From the NCBI GenBank assembly GCA_030390025.1, contig CM059431.1, positions 122,514,001-122,578,000 on the forward strand: 64,000 nt of DNA, given 5' to 3'. Source of the stretch: Squalus acanthias (Eukaryota). Numbering within the stretch: position 1 is the stretch's first letter; each line of letters begins with the position of its first letter. Under the pieces are notes generated by a model, which did no database searches, had not been told where the DNA came from, and was given only the letters and a program-made list of their open reading frames with translations. The position numbers and the translations under genes are program-made. Positions 62,611 through 64,000 of the stretch are shown here, piece by piece.

Positions 62611-63194
62611 CAAGGCCTTCTCTATTTGCAGCACCACTCCCTGGCACCTCACCAACGTTAAGCAACTCTAGAAAGCTCCAAACACTTCTTCAAACTTACA
62701 CAGAGCCAGTAGAAATTAATCAGCAACTAACTTTAGAGTGGTTGCTGATCCCTTTACATATCGTTGGTGGGAGTTCCTTGCTGCTGCTGGACGCATGACA
62801 GGGCGTTAGCTCCAGCGTTGACAACAAAAATGGCAGTGCTGGCATCAAATCAGCGTTGCACGCTGTTTAACGTCACAATCTGCCCAATCAACATACTTCT
62901 AACGCCCGCCCTACCGTCGTTACCAAGGTGGCATCCGGTGCGGCACACACCAGAAGTGTGCGCGCAGCCCATAAGCCATTTTTGTCACAAAATGGCACCC
63001 GTAGTGCTGAAAAGTCGGGTGTTACGGAGCTGAATTTCTCGTAATTAATATGACTTGCATAAGATTGGGTTCTCTCTGCTTTTCATGTCGTGCTACAGAG
63101 CGTGTACTTTCTACAGCACACAAAGTGGATATCATTTTGAAACTACATAAATCTGGGTTTGATCTTTCAAACAAAAGATATAAAATCTCATAGG

Positions 63195-63570
63195 AATGGG
63201 TAGTGTAGTGGATGAGAACATGGTTCTTTCATCTCAGAGAACTGAATTTGAATCAAGCCCAGAATGATGAAATGAAAGACTCTTCCTCCTGGTTGTTGTC
63301 GGGCCTGAGTGAGATGAGTGCGGATAATTTCAACCCAGTGGCTTGAGGTCTTGCAGCACAAAGCTTCCCATAACTCAGCACCAATTGACATTGAAACTGT
63401 CACTTAAGGAAATAAAACATTGACAGTGGGTCGACGAGGAACCTGTTTGCTGGCATTGAATTTCCTCACTCTAGATCAGCACACACGTTCATGAAAAACC
63501 TAGAGTGGGAGGTTTGTGCTTGGGCATAAATAATCGTGCCTCATGGAGCATATAGAAGATTGTATTACTG
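63195..63570 (+). mobile_element. Ancient tRNA-derived SINE, possibly LF-SINE-like
   Basis: A/B-box-like head and blocks GGCCTGAGTGAGATGAGT and CAGCACCAATTGACA resembling LF-SINE from memory. Confidence 0.4.
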
Positions 63571-64000
63571 GTGTGCGGTCCTCCTTGTGTAATTTACCTC
63601 TTTGCTCTCACCAAGGCGATTATATTCGCTTCGGTACAAAAGAGGAAAAACTGCTCCTTTTCTTCTCAAAAAACTCTATTATTACAAATTATGCCATTAT
63701 GACTTAATGTTATTACATCCTTTCCCCTGGACCTGGCAGCAGCTTCATTGCAGCCAGTGTAGGTGTTGTAAATAAAATGAAGTGTTCATTAGAAAAATAA
63801 TTTTCTTGCTTCCAATGTGTTTGTAATCATAAGATTAGATTGTATAATAATTAACCAAATCATATAAAGGAGGAGAGTACGCCTCAAAAAAAATCGAGTA
63901 CTTATACCTCAACCAGCAGTATTACCCGTGCTGACTATCCAATAACTCGGATTTTGCAGTCAGCGGAGAAGGAAAGGCACTCGCCTTTCACTACGCTGAC

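Larger units (their letters stand above)
57749..63042. mobile_element. Two-gene Harbinger (family E) with two nested MITEs
   Basis: Degenerate TIRs GGGGCTAAAAATT / GAATTTCTCG; Myb gene on + and transposase on -, convergent. Confidence 0.8.

Overview
Eukaryotic, almost entirely repeat-derived DNA. The repeat inventory (esterase-ORF1 CR1 LINEs, a DeuSINE, Penelope-type hammerhead repeats, many Harbingers) suggests a cartilaginous fish; this is inference. I found no host protein-coding exon I can support. Main contents: (1) an internally deleted foamy-virus-like endogenous retrovirus (LTR, RNase H, integrase, post-pol ORFs; minus strand, 3619-7119); (2) three ~1.65-kb solo LTRs with 4-bp TSDs, one split by a CR1 with an intact 983-aa ORF2; (3) a multi-family PIF/Harbinger system with near-complete two-gene elements (DDE transposase plus a convergent three-exon Myb/SANT gene), Myb-only derivatives and many non-autonomous copies, often nested; (4) a ~190-bp palindrome carrying two back-to-back minimal hammerhead ribozymes; (5) older CR1 and SINE relics. 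Family assignments come from motif recall and visual alignment, not database searches. Boundaries given without a TSD are approximate.
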